Notes: a model not told the origin generated them from the letters alone. DNA of 32,000 nucleotides from Mycobacterium tuberculosis H37Rv (GCF_000195955.2 NC_000962.3:1050001-1082000); one strand, 5' to 3'. Shown: positions 8,260 through 21,262, counted from the first letter of the stretch. Translations and numbers: made by a program.

Positions 8260-10575
8260 ATGAGTGTGCACGCGACCGACGCCAAGCCTCCCGGTCCATC
8301 CCCAGCGGACCAACTGCTCGACGGCCTCAACCCGCAACAGCGCCAGGCGGTCGTGCATGAGGGTTCGCCGCTGCTGATCGTCGCGGGCGCGGGTTCGGGT
8401 AAGACCGCGGTGTTGACCCGCCGCATTGCCTATCTGATGGCGGCCCGCGGCGTCGGGGTGGGCCAGATTCTGGCCATCACCTTCACCAACAAAGCCGCCG
8501 CCGAGATGCGCGAACGGGTGGTGGGCCTGGTTGGGGAGAAGGCCCGGTACATGTGGGTGTCGACGTTTCACTCCACCTGCGTGCGTATCCTGCGCAACCA
8601 GGCGGCGCTGATCGAGGGCCTCAACTCCAACTTTTCGATCTATGACGCCGACGATTCGCGGCGGTTGCTGCAGATGGTGGGCCGCGACCTGGGCCTAGAC
8701 ATCAAGCGGTACTCGCCGCGACTGCTGGCTAACGCCATCTCCAACCTGAAGAACGAGTTGATCGACCCGCATCAGGCGCTGGCCGGCTTAACGGAGGACT
8801 CCGATGACCTAGCGCGCGCCGTGGCGTCGGTTTATGACGAATACCAGCGGCGGCTGCGGGCGGCCAACGCGCTGGACTTCGACGACCTGATCGGCGAGAC
8901 CGTCGCGGTGCTGCAGGCCTTCCCGCAGATCGCCCAGTACTACCGTCGGAGGTTCCGGCATGTCCTGGTTGACGAATACCAGGACACCAACCACGCCCAG
9001 TACGTATTGGTGCGCGAGCTGGTCGGCCGCGACAGCAATGACGGTATTCCCCCCGGCGAGTTGTGCGTCGTCGGGGATGCCGATCAGTCGATCTATGCGT
9101 TCCGCGGCGCCACCATCCGCAACATCGAAGACTTCGAACGTGACTACCCCGACACCAGAACCATTCTGCTGGAACAGAATTACCGCTCGACGCAGAACAT
9201 CCTGTCGGCGGCCAACTCGGTGATTGCCCGTAACGCGGGGCGCCGGGAGAAGCGGTTGTGGACCGACGCCGGCGCCGGGGAGTTGATCGTTGGCTATGTC
9301 GCCGACAACGAGCACGACGAGGCCCGGTTCGTGGCCGAGGAGATCGATGCGCTCGCCGAGGGTAGCGAGATCACCTACAACGATGTCGCCGTCTTCTACC
9401 GCACCAACAACTCGTCGCGGTCACTGGAAGAGGTGCTGATCCGCGCCGGTATTCCGTACAAGGTCGTTGGGGGAGTGCGCTTTTACGAGCGCAAGGAGAT
9501 TCGCGACATCGTTGCCTACCTGCGCGTGCTGGACAACCCGGGCGACGCGGTCAGCCTACGGCGCATCCTTAACACCCCGCGCCGCGGTATCGGGGATCGT
9601 GCCGAGGCGTGTGTGGCGGTGTACGCCGAGAACACCGGCGTCGGCTTCGGTGACGCGCTCGTCGCCGCGGCCCAAGGCAAAGTACCGATGCTGAATACCC
9701 GGGCGGAGAAGGCGATCGCGGGTTTCGTCGAGATGTTCGACGAGCTGCGGGGCCGCCTCGATGACGACCTGGGGGAGCTGGTCGAGGCGGTGCTGGAACG
9801 CACCGGATACCGCCGCGAGCTGGAAGCGTCCACCGATCCACAGGAATTGGCCCGCCTGGACAACCTCAACGAATTAGTCAGCGTCGCACACGAATTCAGT
9901 ACCGACCGGGAGAATGCCGCCGCACTTGGCCCAGACGACGAAGACGTCCCCGACACCGGTGTGCTGGCGGATTTTCTGGAACGGGTGTCGCTGGTCGCCG
10001 ACGCCGATGAGATCCCGGAGCATGGCGCGGGTGTGGTTACCTTGATGACCTTGCACACCGCCAAGGGTTTGGAGTTCCCGGTGGTGTTTGTGACCGGCTG
10101 GGAGGACGGGATGTTCCCGCACATGCGGGCGTTGGACAACCCGACCGAGTTGTCCGAGGAGCGGCGGCTGGCCTATGTCGGCATCACCCGCGCCCGGCAG
10201 CGGTTGTACGTGAGCCGGGCGATCGTGCGTTCGTCTTGGGGCCAGCCGATGCTCAACCCGGAGTCGCGGTTTCTGCGGGAAATCCCGCAGGAGCTCATCG
10301 ACTGGCGGCGCACCGCCCCGAAGCCGTCGTTCAGTGCCCCGGTGAGTGGCGCCGGTCGGTTCGGTAGCGCGCGTCCATCACCGACCCGCTCGGGGGCGAG
10401 CAGGCGCCCGCTGCTGGTGCTTCAGGTCGGCGACCGCGTGACCCATGACAAATACGGCCTGGGCCGTGTCGAGGAGGTCTCCGGTGTCGGCGAATCGGCG
10501 ATGTCGCTGATCGACTTCGGTAGCTCGGGGCGGGTGAAGCTGATGCACAACCACGCCCCTGTCACCAAGCTCTGA
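8260..10575 (+). CDS. uvrD1: ATP-dependent DNA helicase UvrD1/PcrA (SF1)
   Basis: 771 aa. Walker A AGAGSGKT, DEYQDT (motif II), C-terminal Tudor-like tail (VGDRVTHDKYGLGRVEEV). Confidence 0.97.
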   Translation: MSVHATDAKPPGPSPADQLLDGLNPQQRQAVVHEGSPLLIVAGAGSGKTAVLTRRIAYLMAARGVGVGQILAITFTNKAAAEMRERVVGLVGEKARYMWVSTFHSTCVRILRNQAALIEGLNSNFSIYDADDSRRLLQMVGRDLGLDIKRYSPRLLANAISNLKNELIDPHQALAGLTEDSDDLARAVASVYDEYQRRLRAANALDFDDLIGETVAVLQAFPQIAQYYRRRFRHVLVDEYQDTNHAQYVLVRELVGRDSNDGIPPGELCVVGDADQSIYAFRGATIRNIEDFERDYPDTRTILLEQNYRSTQNILSAANSVIARNAGRREKRLWTDAGAGELIVGYVADNEHDEARFVAEEIDALAEGSEITYNDVAVFYRTNNSSRSLEEVLIRAGIPYKVVGGVRFYERKEIRDIVAYLRVLDNPGDAVSLRRILNTPRRGIGDRAEACVAVYAENTGVGFGDALVAAAQGKVPMLNTRAEKAIAGFVEMFDELRGRLDDDLGELVEAVLERTGYRRELEASTDPQELARLDNLNELVSVAHEFSTDRENAAALGPDDEDVPDTGVLADFLERVSLVADADEIPEHGAGVVTLMTLHTAKGLEFPVVFVTGWEDGMFPHMRALDNPTELSEERRLAYVGITRARQRLYVSRAIVRSSWGQPMLNPESRFLREIPQELIDWRRTAPKPSFSAPVSGAGRFGSARPSPTRSGASRRPLLVLQVGDRVTHDKYGLGRVEEVSGVGESAMSLIDFGSSGRVKLMHNHAPVTKL

Positions 10576-10655
10576 GATTTCGCGCCGAGCGTGAAGTCAC
10601 GGCGGCTATTTCGCGGATTTCTCGCCCTGAGAACACGTTCGGCGTCGTTGCCGGG

Positions 10656-11654
10656 TCAACCGGTGTAATTGCCGACGCTAAGTCCCCGCTTGGCGAGCCA
10701 CGGCACTGGGTCCACGCGCTCGGTGCCGCCCAGGAGCACCTCGAAGTGCAGGTGCGGGCCGGTGGAAAAGCCACGGCTGCCCATGGTGGCGATCTGGTCG
10801 CCTGCCATCACGCGCTCACCGACGCTGACCAACGTGGTATTGACGTGGCCGTATAGCGTGACCGTGCCGTCGGCGTGCAGCAGCTTGACCCACATTCCGT
10901 AGCCGGCGGTGGGGCCGGCGTCGATGACGACGCCGTCGGACACCGCATAAATCGGGGTTCCGATCGCGTTAGCCAGGTCGATACCGGCGTGCAGTACACC
11001 CCATCGATAACCGAAACTCGACGTGAAGATGCCCTTCGTCGGCATGACATACAGCGGGCGCTGTAGTCGCGCCTCGCGCTCGGCGCGCTCCTCGGCGAAG
11101 GCAACCCCCCTGGCGAACTCCGCGTTGTGCACCGCAGCACTCGCCGCCGGCTGGGCGGCGATGACCTGGACGCCCCGCGGTGGGTTGCTTCCCGACCCTT
11201 CGTTGAGCGCCGATGCATGAGCGGTCAGCACGGTCTCGGTGCGTGGGGTTTCCGACTGTTGGATCGCCGTATGCGCTGCTGCGGCCGCCGCGCCCGCGGC
11301 CATCGCCGAGATCAGCAGGCGCCCCCGGGCCGCACCGATCGGTTGCTTGCGGTGCTGCCCGACGCGCCGGGACACCGGGGTGACCTCCGGGGTCAGCACG
11401 ACCGTGGGGGCTACCAGCCATTCGGGGGCCAGATCGTCGGCGTCGTCCAGGTCGTCGAGTTCTGGAGCCGCTAGCAACTGCGCTTCGTAGTCGAAGACGC
11501 AGTCGTCCCCTAGGTCCAGGTCATCGAGCTCTGCGAAATCCAGCTCATCGTAGAGTGCTAAGCCGTCGAGGAATCCGTCCAGCGGGATGATTTCGGTGAC
11601 TTCGTTACGGTGATGATGCGGCCAACGATCGCGAGGTGTGCGAATCGCTGCCAT
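10656..11654 (-). CDS. M23 family metallopeptidase with acidic N-terminal region (Rv0950c-like)
   Basis: HAGIDLA (HxxxD) and GPHLHFEV (HxH) M23 motifs. ATG at 11654 gives 332 aa; an alternative TTG at 11687 gives 343 aa. Confidence 0.9.
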   Translation of the reverse strand: MAAIRTPRDRWPHHHRNEVTEIIPLDGFLDGLALYDELDFAELDDLDLGDDCVFDYEAQLLAAPELDDLDDADDLAPEWLVAPTVVLTPEVTPVSRRVGQHRKQPIGAARGRLLISAMAAGAAAAAAHTAIQQSETPRTETVLTAHASALNEGSGSNPPRGVQVIAAQPAASAAVHNAEFARGVAFAEERAEREARLQRPLYVMPTKGIFTSSFGYRWGVLHAGIDLANAIGTPIYAVSDGVVIDAGPTAGYGMWVKLLHADGTVTLYGHVNTTLVSVGERVMAGDQIATMGSRGFSTGPHLHFEVLLGGTERVDPVPWLAKRGLSVGNYTG

Positions 11655-11963
11655 GGCAGCAGAACGGGCGATACGGTGCTGGGACAAATCTGAAATGTCC
11701 TCGGATCGTGACCATAACGTTATCTGGACCCTGAGACGTTATCCGCAACCGGATGGTAGTGGCAACTTCAGCGCGGAATTCGGCTGTGATTGTGAGTTGG
11801 ATCACGTTTCGGCTGGACAAACATATCGGTGAGCTGTGCCACACCGGGTGGATGCGGCCGCGGAGTTAATCGGCGGTCTCGATACAGTTCTCCGTGCGAG
11901 TCGCCGATTTCGGCACCGCCTACCTATTGGTCGAGCAGTAAGCCGAGCGAAGACGGTGAGCCC

Positions 11964-13127
11964 ATGGATCTTTTCGAGTATCAAGCCAAGGAGTTATTCG
12001 CCAAGCACAACGTGCCCAGCACGCCGGGTCGGGTGACCGACACAGCCGAGGGTGCCAAGGCTATCGCCACGGAGATCGGGCGTCCGGTGATGGTCAAAGC
12101 GCAGGTCAAGATCGGCGGCCGGGGCAAGGCCGGTGGCGTCAAATACGCCGCGACCCCACAAGACGCGTACGAGCACGCCAAGAACATCCTCGGCCTGGAC
12201 ATCAAAGGACACATCGTCAAGAAACTGCTGGTCGCTGAGGCTAGCGATATCGCCGAGGAGTACTACCTATCCTTCCTGCTCGACCGGGCCAACCGCACCT
12301 ACCTGGCGATGTGCTCGGTGGAGGGCGGCATGGAGATCGAAGAGGTAGCGGCCACCAAACCCGAGCGGCTCGCCAAAGTCCCGGTGAATGCCGTCAAGGG
12401 CGTTGACCTAGATTTCGCGCGGTCCATCGCCGAACAGGGTCATCTTCCGGCCGAGGTGCTCGACACCGCAGCGGTCACCATCGCCAAGCTGTGGGAGCTC
12501 TTCGTCGCCGAGGACGCGACGCTGGTTGAGGTCAACCCGTTGGTGCGGACGCCTGACCACAAGATCCTCGCGCTGGATGCCAAGATCACCCTCGACGGCA
12601 ACGCCGATTTCCGTCAGCCTGGCCATGCCGAGTTCGAGGATCGAGCTGCCACCGATCCACTGGAGTTGAAGGCCAAGGAGCACGACCTCAACTACGTCAA
12701 GCTGGACGGTCAGGTGGGGATCATCGGCAATGGCGCGGGCTTGGTGATGTCGACTCTCGACGTCGTCGCGTATGCCGGTGAGAAGCACGGCGGAGTCAAG
12801 CCGGCCAACTTCCTGGATATCGGCGGCGGCGCTTCGGCCGAGGTGATGGCCGCGGGTCTGGACGTGGTGCTGGGCGACCAGCAGGTCAAGAGCGTGTTCG
12901 TCAACGTCTTCGGTGGCATCACCTCGTGCGATGCGGTGGCGACCGGGATCGTCAAGGCGCTGGGCATGCTGGGTGACGAAGCCAACAAGCCGCTGGTGGT
13001 TCGGCTCGACGGCAACAACGTCGAGGAAGGCCGTCGCATCCTGACCGAGGCCAACCACCCCCTGGTGACACTGGTGGCGACGATGGACGAAGCCGCCGAC
13101 AAGGCCGCTGAGCTGGCGAGCGCCTGA
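11964..13127 (+). CDS. sucC: Succinyl-CoA synthetase beta subunit
   Basis: ATG at 11964 ([12 protein letters not shown]…), 387 aa, ATP-grasp plus CoA-ligase domains. The upstream part of the ORF (11829-11963) is non-homologous. Confidence 0.97.
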
Positions 13128-13139
13128 GCGAAAGGACCC

Positions 13140-14051
13140 ATGACTCACATGTCCATATTTCTGAGCAGGGACAACAAGGTCATTGTGCAGGGCATCACCG
13201 GCAGTGAGGCCACCGTCCATACCGCGCGAATGCTGCGGGCGGGCACGCAAATCGTCGGCGGTGTGAACGCACGCAAAGCGGGCACCACCGTCACGCATGA
13301 GGATAAGGGCGGCCGGCTGATCAAGCTGCCGGTGTTCGGCAGTGTCGCGGAGGCGATGGAAAAGACCGGCGCCGATGTGTCGATCATCTTCGTGCCGCCG
13401 ACGTTCGCCAAGGACGCCATCATCGAGGCCATCGACGCCGAAATTCCGCTGTTGGTTGTGATCACCGAGGGAATTCCGGTGCAGGACACCGCCTATGCCT
13501 GGGCCTACAACCTCGAGGCTGGCCACAAGACCCGCATCATTGGCCCCAACTGTCCTGGCATTATCAGTCCCGGTCAGTCGCTGGCCGGTATCACGCCGGC
13601 CAACATCACCGGACCCGGTCCAATTGGTCTGGTGTCCAAGTCGGGGACGTTGACCTACCAGATGATGTTCGAACTGCGCGACCTTGGATTCTCCACGGCG
13701 ATCGGCATCGGTGGTGATCCGGTGATTGGCACTACCCACATCGACGCCATCGAGGCCTTCGAGAGGGATCCGGACACCAAGCTCATCGTGATGATCGGCG
13801 AGATCGGTGGTGACGCCGAGGAGCGGGCCGCAGACTTCATCAAGACCAACGTGTCCAAGCCGGTCGTCGGCTATGTCGCCGGATTTACCGCACCCGAAGG
13901 CAAGACGATGGGCCACGCCGGCGCCATCGTCTCCGGCTCGTCTGGCACAGCGGCGGCCAAGCAAGAGGCCCTGGAGGCCGCCGGTGTGAAGGTCGGCAAG
14001 ACCCCATCGGCGACCGCGGCGCTGGCCCGGGAGATCTTGCTCAGTCTCTAG
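13140..14051 (+). CDS. sucD: Succinyl-CoA synthetase alpha subunit
   Basis: 303 aa, SD gaaagga before the ATG. Includes the catalytic-His region MGHAGAIV. Confidence 0.97.
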   Translation: MTHMSIFLSRDNKVIVQGITGSEATVHTARMLRAGTQIVGGVNARKAGTTVTHEDKGGRLIKLPVFGSVAEAMEKTGADVSIIFVPPTFAKDAIIEAIDAEIPLLVVITEGIPVQDTAYAWAYNLEAGHKTRIIGPNCPGIISPGQSLAGITPANITGPGPIGLVSKSGTLTYQMMFELRDLGFSTAIGIGGDPVIGTTHIDAIEAFERDPDTKLIVMIGEIGGDAEERAADFIKTNVSKPVVGYVAGFTAPEGKTMGHAGAIVSGSSGTAAAKQEALEAAGVKVGKTPSATAALAREILLSL

Positions 14052-14115
14052 GGCGAGCAGACGCATAAGCCCCCGCACGCTCGGCGTGTCGGGGGCTTAT
14101 GCGTCTGCTCGCCCT
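14050..14115. terminator. Bidirectional intrinsic-terminator-like hairpin: perfect 26-bp stem between convergent sucD and Rv0953c-like gene
   Basis: AGGGCGAGCAGACGCATAAGCCCCCG (14050-14075) is the exact reverse complement of 14090-14115. The 14-nt loop contains a further CACGC/GCGTG pairing. The arms touch both stop codons (TAG 14049-14051; CTA 14114-14116 on the plus strand). No U-tract. Confidence 0.7.
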
Positions 14116-14962
14116 ATACGCAACAGGCCAACTTGGCGGCCAGCCGCTCCACGTACGCGGCTGCGTCGTCTGCAGACCTGTCCGGCATACCGAACAGCAC
14201 CTCCGTAACGCCAAGCTCGGCCCAGCGCGCCAGCTTGTCGGGCACCGGTTTGACGTCCAGGGCCACGATCTGTGGAAGCCCGTCGCGGCCGGCGGCCGCC
14301 CAGATGTCTTGCAGTAACTTCACCGGCTCGTCGATGTCGACGTCGCGTGGAGTGGTGATCCAGCCGTCGGCGCTGCGCGCGATCCACTTGAAGTTCTTCT
14401 CCGTCCCCGCAGCGCCTACCAGCACCGGGATGTGCGGCTGCACCGGCTTGGGCCAGGCCCAGCTAGGTCCGAACTTGACGAACTCGCCGTCATAGCAGGC
14501 CTCCTCTTGGGTCCACAACGCCCGCATCGCCTCGAGGTATTCGCGCAGCATGGTGCGGCGGCGTCCGGGTGGCACACCATGATCGACGAGCTCGTCGGTG
14601 TTCCAGCCGAACCCGACCCCGACGCTGACCCGGCCGTGCGACAAATGATCCAGCGTCGCAATGCTTTTCGCCAGCGTGATCGGATCATGCTCGACCGGCA
14701 GCGCCACCGCGGTGGCAAGCCGGATCCGCGACGTCACCGCCGATGCTGCTCCCAGGCTCACCCACGGGTCCAACGTGCGCATATAGCGGTCGTCCGGCAG
14801 CGAAGCGTCACCCGTCGTCGGATGGGCCGCCTGGCGCTTGACCGGGATGTGGGTGTGTTCGGGCACGTAAAACGTGCGAAACCCGTGGCTTTCAGCAAGT
14901 CTGGCGGCCGCGGCCGGGGTGATGCCGCGGTCGCTGGTGAACAGCACAAGTCCGTAGTGCAT
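14114..14962 (-). CDS. LLM-class F420-dependent oxidoreductase (Rv0953c-like)
   Basis: Luciferase-like family (…GRVSVGVGFGWNTDELVDHGVP…). ATG at 14962 gives 282 aa. The longer GTG start at 14986 would place the KstR-type operator inside the coding sequence. Confidence 0.9.
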   Translation of the reverse strand: MHYGLVLFTSDRGITPAAAARLAESHGFRTFYVPEHTHIPVKRQAAHPTTGDASLPDDRYMRTLDPWVSLGAASAVTSRIRLATAVALPVEHDPITLAKSIATLDHLSHGRVSVGVGFGWNTDELVDHGVPPGRRRTMLREYLEAMRALWTQEEACYDGEFVKFGPSWAWPKPVQPHIPVLVGAAGTEKNFKWIARSADGWITTPRDVDIDEPVKLLQDIWAAAGRDGLPQIVALDVKPVPDKLARWAELGVTEVLFGMPDRSADDAAAYVERLAAKLACCV

Positions 14963-14971
14963 GCACCGAAT

Positions 14972-14985
14972 TAGAACGTGTTCCA
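14972..14985. promoter_or_regulatory. Second KstR-type operator TAGAACGTGTTCCA, 10 nt upstream of the Rv0953c-like ATG
   Basis: Fits TnnAACnnGTTnnA. 12 of 14 positions (TAGAACGTGTTC) are identical to the site at 1498-1511. Confidence 0.7.
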
Positions 14986-15075
14986 CCTGCGCCGGGCAAG
15001 CGGCCGTCCAGTCGTTAATGTCGCGAGCGCCGGTCGCTCCGGCAGCGGCACCCGAACGTGCGCTAGCGTGGTTGA

Positions 15076-17445
<2,370 letters not shown>

Positions 17446-17560
17446 TCTGCGGTTGGTGAGGCCGCAACTGTCTGAGGCCTTTACTCACGGTACTGAGTCT
17501 GCACTGGGATGCAGGCTGGTGGTGCTCACACGCTTTGAGGAGCCAGACTAGGCTCGCCGT

Positions 17561-18208
17561 GTGCAGGAACCGCTTCGTGTACCCCCGAGTGCACCTGCGC
17601 GGCTGGTAGTACTCGCGTCTGGCACCGGTTCGTTGCTGAGATCTCTACTCGATGCCGCTGTCGGCGACTACCCGGCACGGGTAGTCGCCGTTGGTGTGGA
17701 TCGCGAATGCCGGGCCGCCGAAATCGCCGCGGAAGCATCGGTGCCGGTGTTCACCGTTCGGCTCGCCGACCACCCCAGTCGCGATGCCTGGGACGTCGCC
17801 ATCACCGCCGCCACCGCAGCCCATGAGCCCGACCTCGTCGTTTCTGCGGGCTTTATGAGAATCCTTGGACCGCAGTTCCTTTCACGATTCTACGGGCGCA
17901 CCCTCAACACCCACCCGGCGCTGCTGCCGGCCTTCCCCGGCACGCACGGTGTCGCTGACGCGCTGGCCTACGGGGTGAAGGTCACCGGCGCTACGGTGCA
18001 CCTGGTAGACGCTGGCACGGACACCGGGCCAATACTGGCGCAGCAACCTGTGCCGGTGCTCGACGGTGACGACGAAGAGACTTTGCATGAACGAATCAAG
18101 GTCACCGAACGACGGCTGTTGGTAGCGGCGGTGGCCGCACTGGCCACCCATGGCGTGACGGTGGTCGGACGAACAGCGACGATGGGACGAAAGGTAACCA
18201 TAGGATGA
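17561..18208 (+). CDS. purN: Phosphoribosylglycinamide formyltransferase
   Basis: 215 aa, GART family (…[15 protein letters not shown]…), 4-nt ATGA overlap with purH. Confidence 0.95.
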
Positions 18209-19776
18209 GCACCGACGACGGAAGACGGCCGATCCGCCGTGCGCTGATCAGCGTGTACGACAAGACCGGGCTGGTAGACCTGGCACAGGGCCTGAGCGCG
18301 GCCGGCGTCGAGATCATCTCGACTGGGTCAACGGCCAAGACCATTGCCGACACCGGGATTCCGGTGACCCCCGTGGAGCAGCTGACCGGCTTTCCCGAGG
18401 TGCTCGATGGCCGGGTCAAGACACTGCACCCACGAGTGCATGCCGGGCTGCTGGCTGACCTGCGCAAGTCCGAGCACGCCGCGGCCCTCGAGCAACTCGG
18501 GATCGAGGCTTTCGAACTCGTTGTAGTCAACTTGTATCCGTTCAGCCAGACCGTCGAATCCGGCGCCAGTGTCGACGACTGCGTCGAGCAGATTGATATC
18601 GGCGGGCCGGCGATGGTGCGGGCCGCCGCCAAAAACCATCCCAGCGCGGCGGTGGTCACCGATCCGCTTGGGTACCATGGCGTGCTTGCCGCACTGCGCG
18701 CCGGCGGATTCACCCTCGCCGAGCGCAAAAGGCTGGCGTCGTTAGCGTTTCAGCATATAGCCGAGTACGACATCGCCGTCGCGAGCTGGATGCAACAGAC
18801 CCTAGCGCCCGAACATCCTGTTGCCGCCTTTCCGCAGTGGTTCGGCCGAAGCTGGCGCCGCGTGGCGATGCTGCGCTACGGCGAGAACCCGCACCAACAG
18901 GCCGCTCTCTACGGCGACCCCACCGCCTGGCCGGGGCTGGCCCAGGCCGAGCAACTGCACGGAAAAGACATGTCCTACAACAACTTCACCGATGCGGACG
19001 CAGCCTGGCGGGCCGCCTTCGACCACGAACAAACGTGCGTGGCGATCATCAAGCACGCCAACCCGTGCGGCATCGCAATCTCGTCCGTTTCGGTCGCCGA
19101 CGCGCATCGCAAGGCTCACGAATGCGATCCGCTGAGCGCCTACGGCGGGGTCATCGCCGCCAATACCGAGGTCAGTGTCGAAATGGCCGAGTATGTGAGC
19201 ACCATCTTCACCGAAGTCATCGTCGCGCCTGGCTACGCCCCCGGGGCCCTCGATGTGCTGGCCCGCAAGAAGAACATCCGGGTGCTGGTAGCCGCCGAGC
19301 CACTGGCCGGTGGCAGCGAGTTGCGTCCGATCAGCGGTGGACTGCTGATACAGCAGAGCGACCAGCTTGACGCGCACGGTGACAACCCGGCGAACTGGAC
19401 CTTGGCGACCGGGTCACCTGCGGACCCCGCGACGCTGACCGACCTGGTCTTCGCGTGGCGAGCCTGCCGTGCGGTCAAGTCGAACGCGATAGTGATAGCT
19501 GCCGACGGCGCCACCGTCGGCGTCGGGATGGGTCAGGTCAACCGTGTCGACGCCGCCCGGTTGGCCGTCGAACGCGGCGGCGAGCGGGTTCGCGGCGCGG
19601 TGGCAGCCTCGGATGCGTTCTTCCCCTTTCCCGACGGCCTGGAAACGTTGGCCGCCGCGGGGGTCACCGCGGTCGTCCACCCCGGTGGCTCGGTGCGCGA
19701 CGAGGAAGTGACCGAAGCGGCGGCCAAGGCCGGTGTCACCCTATATCTCACCGGGGCGCGGCACTTCGCGCACTGA
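18205..19776 (+). CDS. purH: Bifunctional AICAR transformylase / IMP cyclohydrolase
   Basis: 523 aa, MGS-like plus AICARFT domains (…ISVYDKTGL…, …KHANPCG…). Confidence 0.97.
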
Positions 19777-19792
19777 GGCCGCTGGCCGCGAC

Positions 19793-19840
19793 AGTGAAAT
19801 CCACGACGTGACACGCCGGAAACGCGTCGTGACATTCACT
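19793..19840 (+). terminator. Imperfect hairpin just downstream of purH (6 + 7 bp stem with 3-nt internal loop)
   Basis: AGTGAAATCCACGACG (19793-19808) pairs with CGTCGTGACATTCACT (19825-19840). Starts 17 nt after the purH stop. No U-tract. Confidence 0.4.
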
Positions 19841-19879
19841 CTCGTGGCCAGAAGAAAGACGGCGTCGTAGCGTGGAACG

Positions 19880-21262
19880 GTGATGTCACCCAGTAACCTG
19901 CCCCGCACCGTGGGCGAGCTGCGTGCCGCCGGTCATCGGGAACGGGGGGTCAAGCAGGAAATCCGGGAAAATCTGCTGACCGCGCTGGCCGACGGCGACA
20001 ACGTCTGGCCGGGCATCCTGGGTTTCGACGACACCGTGATTCCCCAGGTGGAGCGGGCCTTGATCGCCGGTCACGACTTTGTCCTGCTCGGCGAACGCGG
20101 CCAGGGCAAGACCCGGCTGCTGCGCGCACTCGCGGGTCTGCTGGACGAGTGGACGCCGGTGATCGCCGGCGCCGAACTGGGCGAGCACCCCTACACGCCG
20201 ATCACGCCGGAGTCGATCCGGCGGGCCGCGCAGCTCGGCGACGACCTACCGGTGGCGTGGAAGCACCGCAGCGAGCGCTACACCGAGAAGCTGGCCACCC
20301 CCGACACCAGCGTCGCCGACCTGGTCGGCGACGTCGACCCGATCAAGGTTGCCGAGGGCCGCAGCCTCGGGGATCCCGAAACCATCGCCTACGGGCTCAT
20401 CCCGCGGGCGCACCGCGGCATCGTCGCGGTCAACGAGCTGCCCGACCTCGCCGAACGCATCCAGGTGTCGATGCTCAACGTCATGGAGGAGCGCGACATC
20501 CAGGTCCGCGGCTACACGCTGCGGCTGCCGCTGGATGTGTTGGTGGTCGCCAGCGCCAACCCCGAGGACTACACCAACCGTGGCCGCATCATCACGCCCA
20601 TCAAGGACCGGTTCGGCGCCGAGATCCGCACCCACTACCCACTGGAGCTGGAGGCGGAGATGGGCGTCATCGTCCAGGAGGCGCACCTGAGTGCACAGGT
20701 GTCCGACTACCTGATGCAGGTGCTCGCGCGGTTTGCCCGTTACCTGCGAGAATCCCGCTCGATCGATCAGCGCTCCGGGGTGTCGGCGCGGTTTGCCATC
20801 GCAGCGGCCGAAACCGTGGCGGCTGCCGCCCGGCACCGCGGGGCGGTGCTGGGGGAGACAGACCCGGTGGCCCGGGTGGTCGATTTGGGCACGGTGATCG
20901 ACGTGCTGCGCGGCAAGCTGGAATTCGAGTCCGGCGAGGAGGGCCGCGAACAGGCGGTGCTCGAGCATCTGTTGCGTCGCGCCACCGCCGATACCGCGTC
21001 CCGGGTGCTGGGCGGTATCGACGTTGGCTCGTTGGTGACCGCGGTCGAGGGCGGTTCGGCGGTGACGACGGGCGAGCGGGTCTCGGCCAAGGATGTGCTG
21101 GCGGCGGTGCCGGGCCTGCCGGTGGTGGACAGGATCGCGCGCAAGCTGGGCGCCGAATCCGAGGGGGAGCGTGCCGCGGCACTGGAACTGGCGTTGGAGG
21201 CGCTATACCTGGCCAAGCGCGTTGACAAGGTCTGCGGGGAGGGCCAGACCGTCTATGGCTAA
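19880..21262 (+). CDS. AAA+ ATPase of the ChlI/MoxR (Mg-chelatase-like) type (Rv0958-like)
   Basis: Walker A GERGQGKT. ChlI-like core RGIVAVNELPDL…VVASANPED…DRFGAEIRTHYP. Confidence 0.92.
   Translation: MMSPSNLPRTVGELRAAGHRERGVKQEIRENLLTALADGDNVWPGILGFDDTVIPQVERALIAGHDFVLLGERGQGKTRLLRALAGLLDEWTPVIAGAELGEHPYTPITPESIRRAAQLGDDLPVAWKHRSERYTEKLATPDTSVADLVGDVDPIKVAEGRSLGDPETIAYGLIPRAHRGIVAVNELPDLAERIQVSMLNVMEERDIQVRGYTLRLPLDVLVVASANPEDYTNRGRIITPIKDRFGAEIRTHYPLELEAEMGVIVQEAHLSAQVSDYLMQVLARFARYLRESRSIDQRSGVSARFAIAAAETVAAAARHRGAVLGETDPVARVVDLGTVIDVLRGKLEFESGEEGREQAVLEHLLRRATADTASRVLGGIDVGSLVTAVEGGSAVTTGERVSAKDVLAAVPGLPVVDRIARKLGAESEGERAAALELALEALYLAKRVDKVCGEGQTVYG

Noticed and set aside
12408-14078. 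556-aa ORF on the minus strand
   Set aside because: It lies entirely antisense to sucC/sucD, whose products are unmistakable. Its translation is Arg/Gly/Asp/His-rich low-complexity sequence, typical of a shadow ORF in high-GC DNA.
14963-14986. Longer GTG start (MEHVLIRC…) for the Rv0953c-like oxidoreductase
   Set aside because: The extension is encoded by the KstR-type operator itself (GAACACGTTCTAATT), which is more plausibly regulatory DNA.
20149-21225. 358-aa plus-strand alternative-frame ORF, and the minus-strand ORFs 20246-20968, 20667-21182 and 20767-21228, inside the AAA+ gene
   Set aside because: All overlap the AAA+ ATPase frame, which has canonical motifs. Their translations are Arg/Pro/Gly-rich, consistent with off-frame reading of GC-rich coding DNA.
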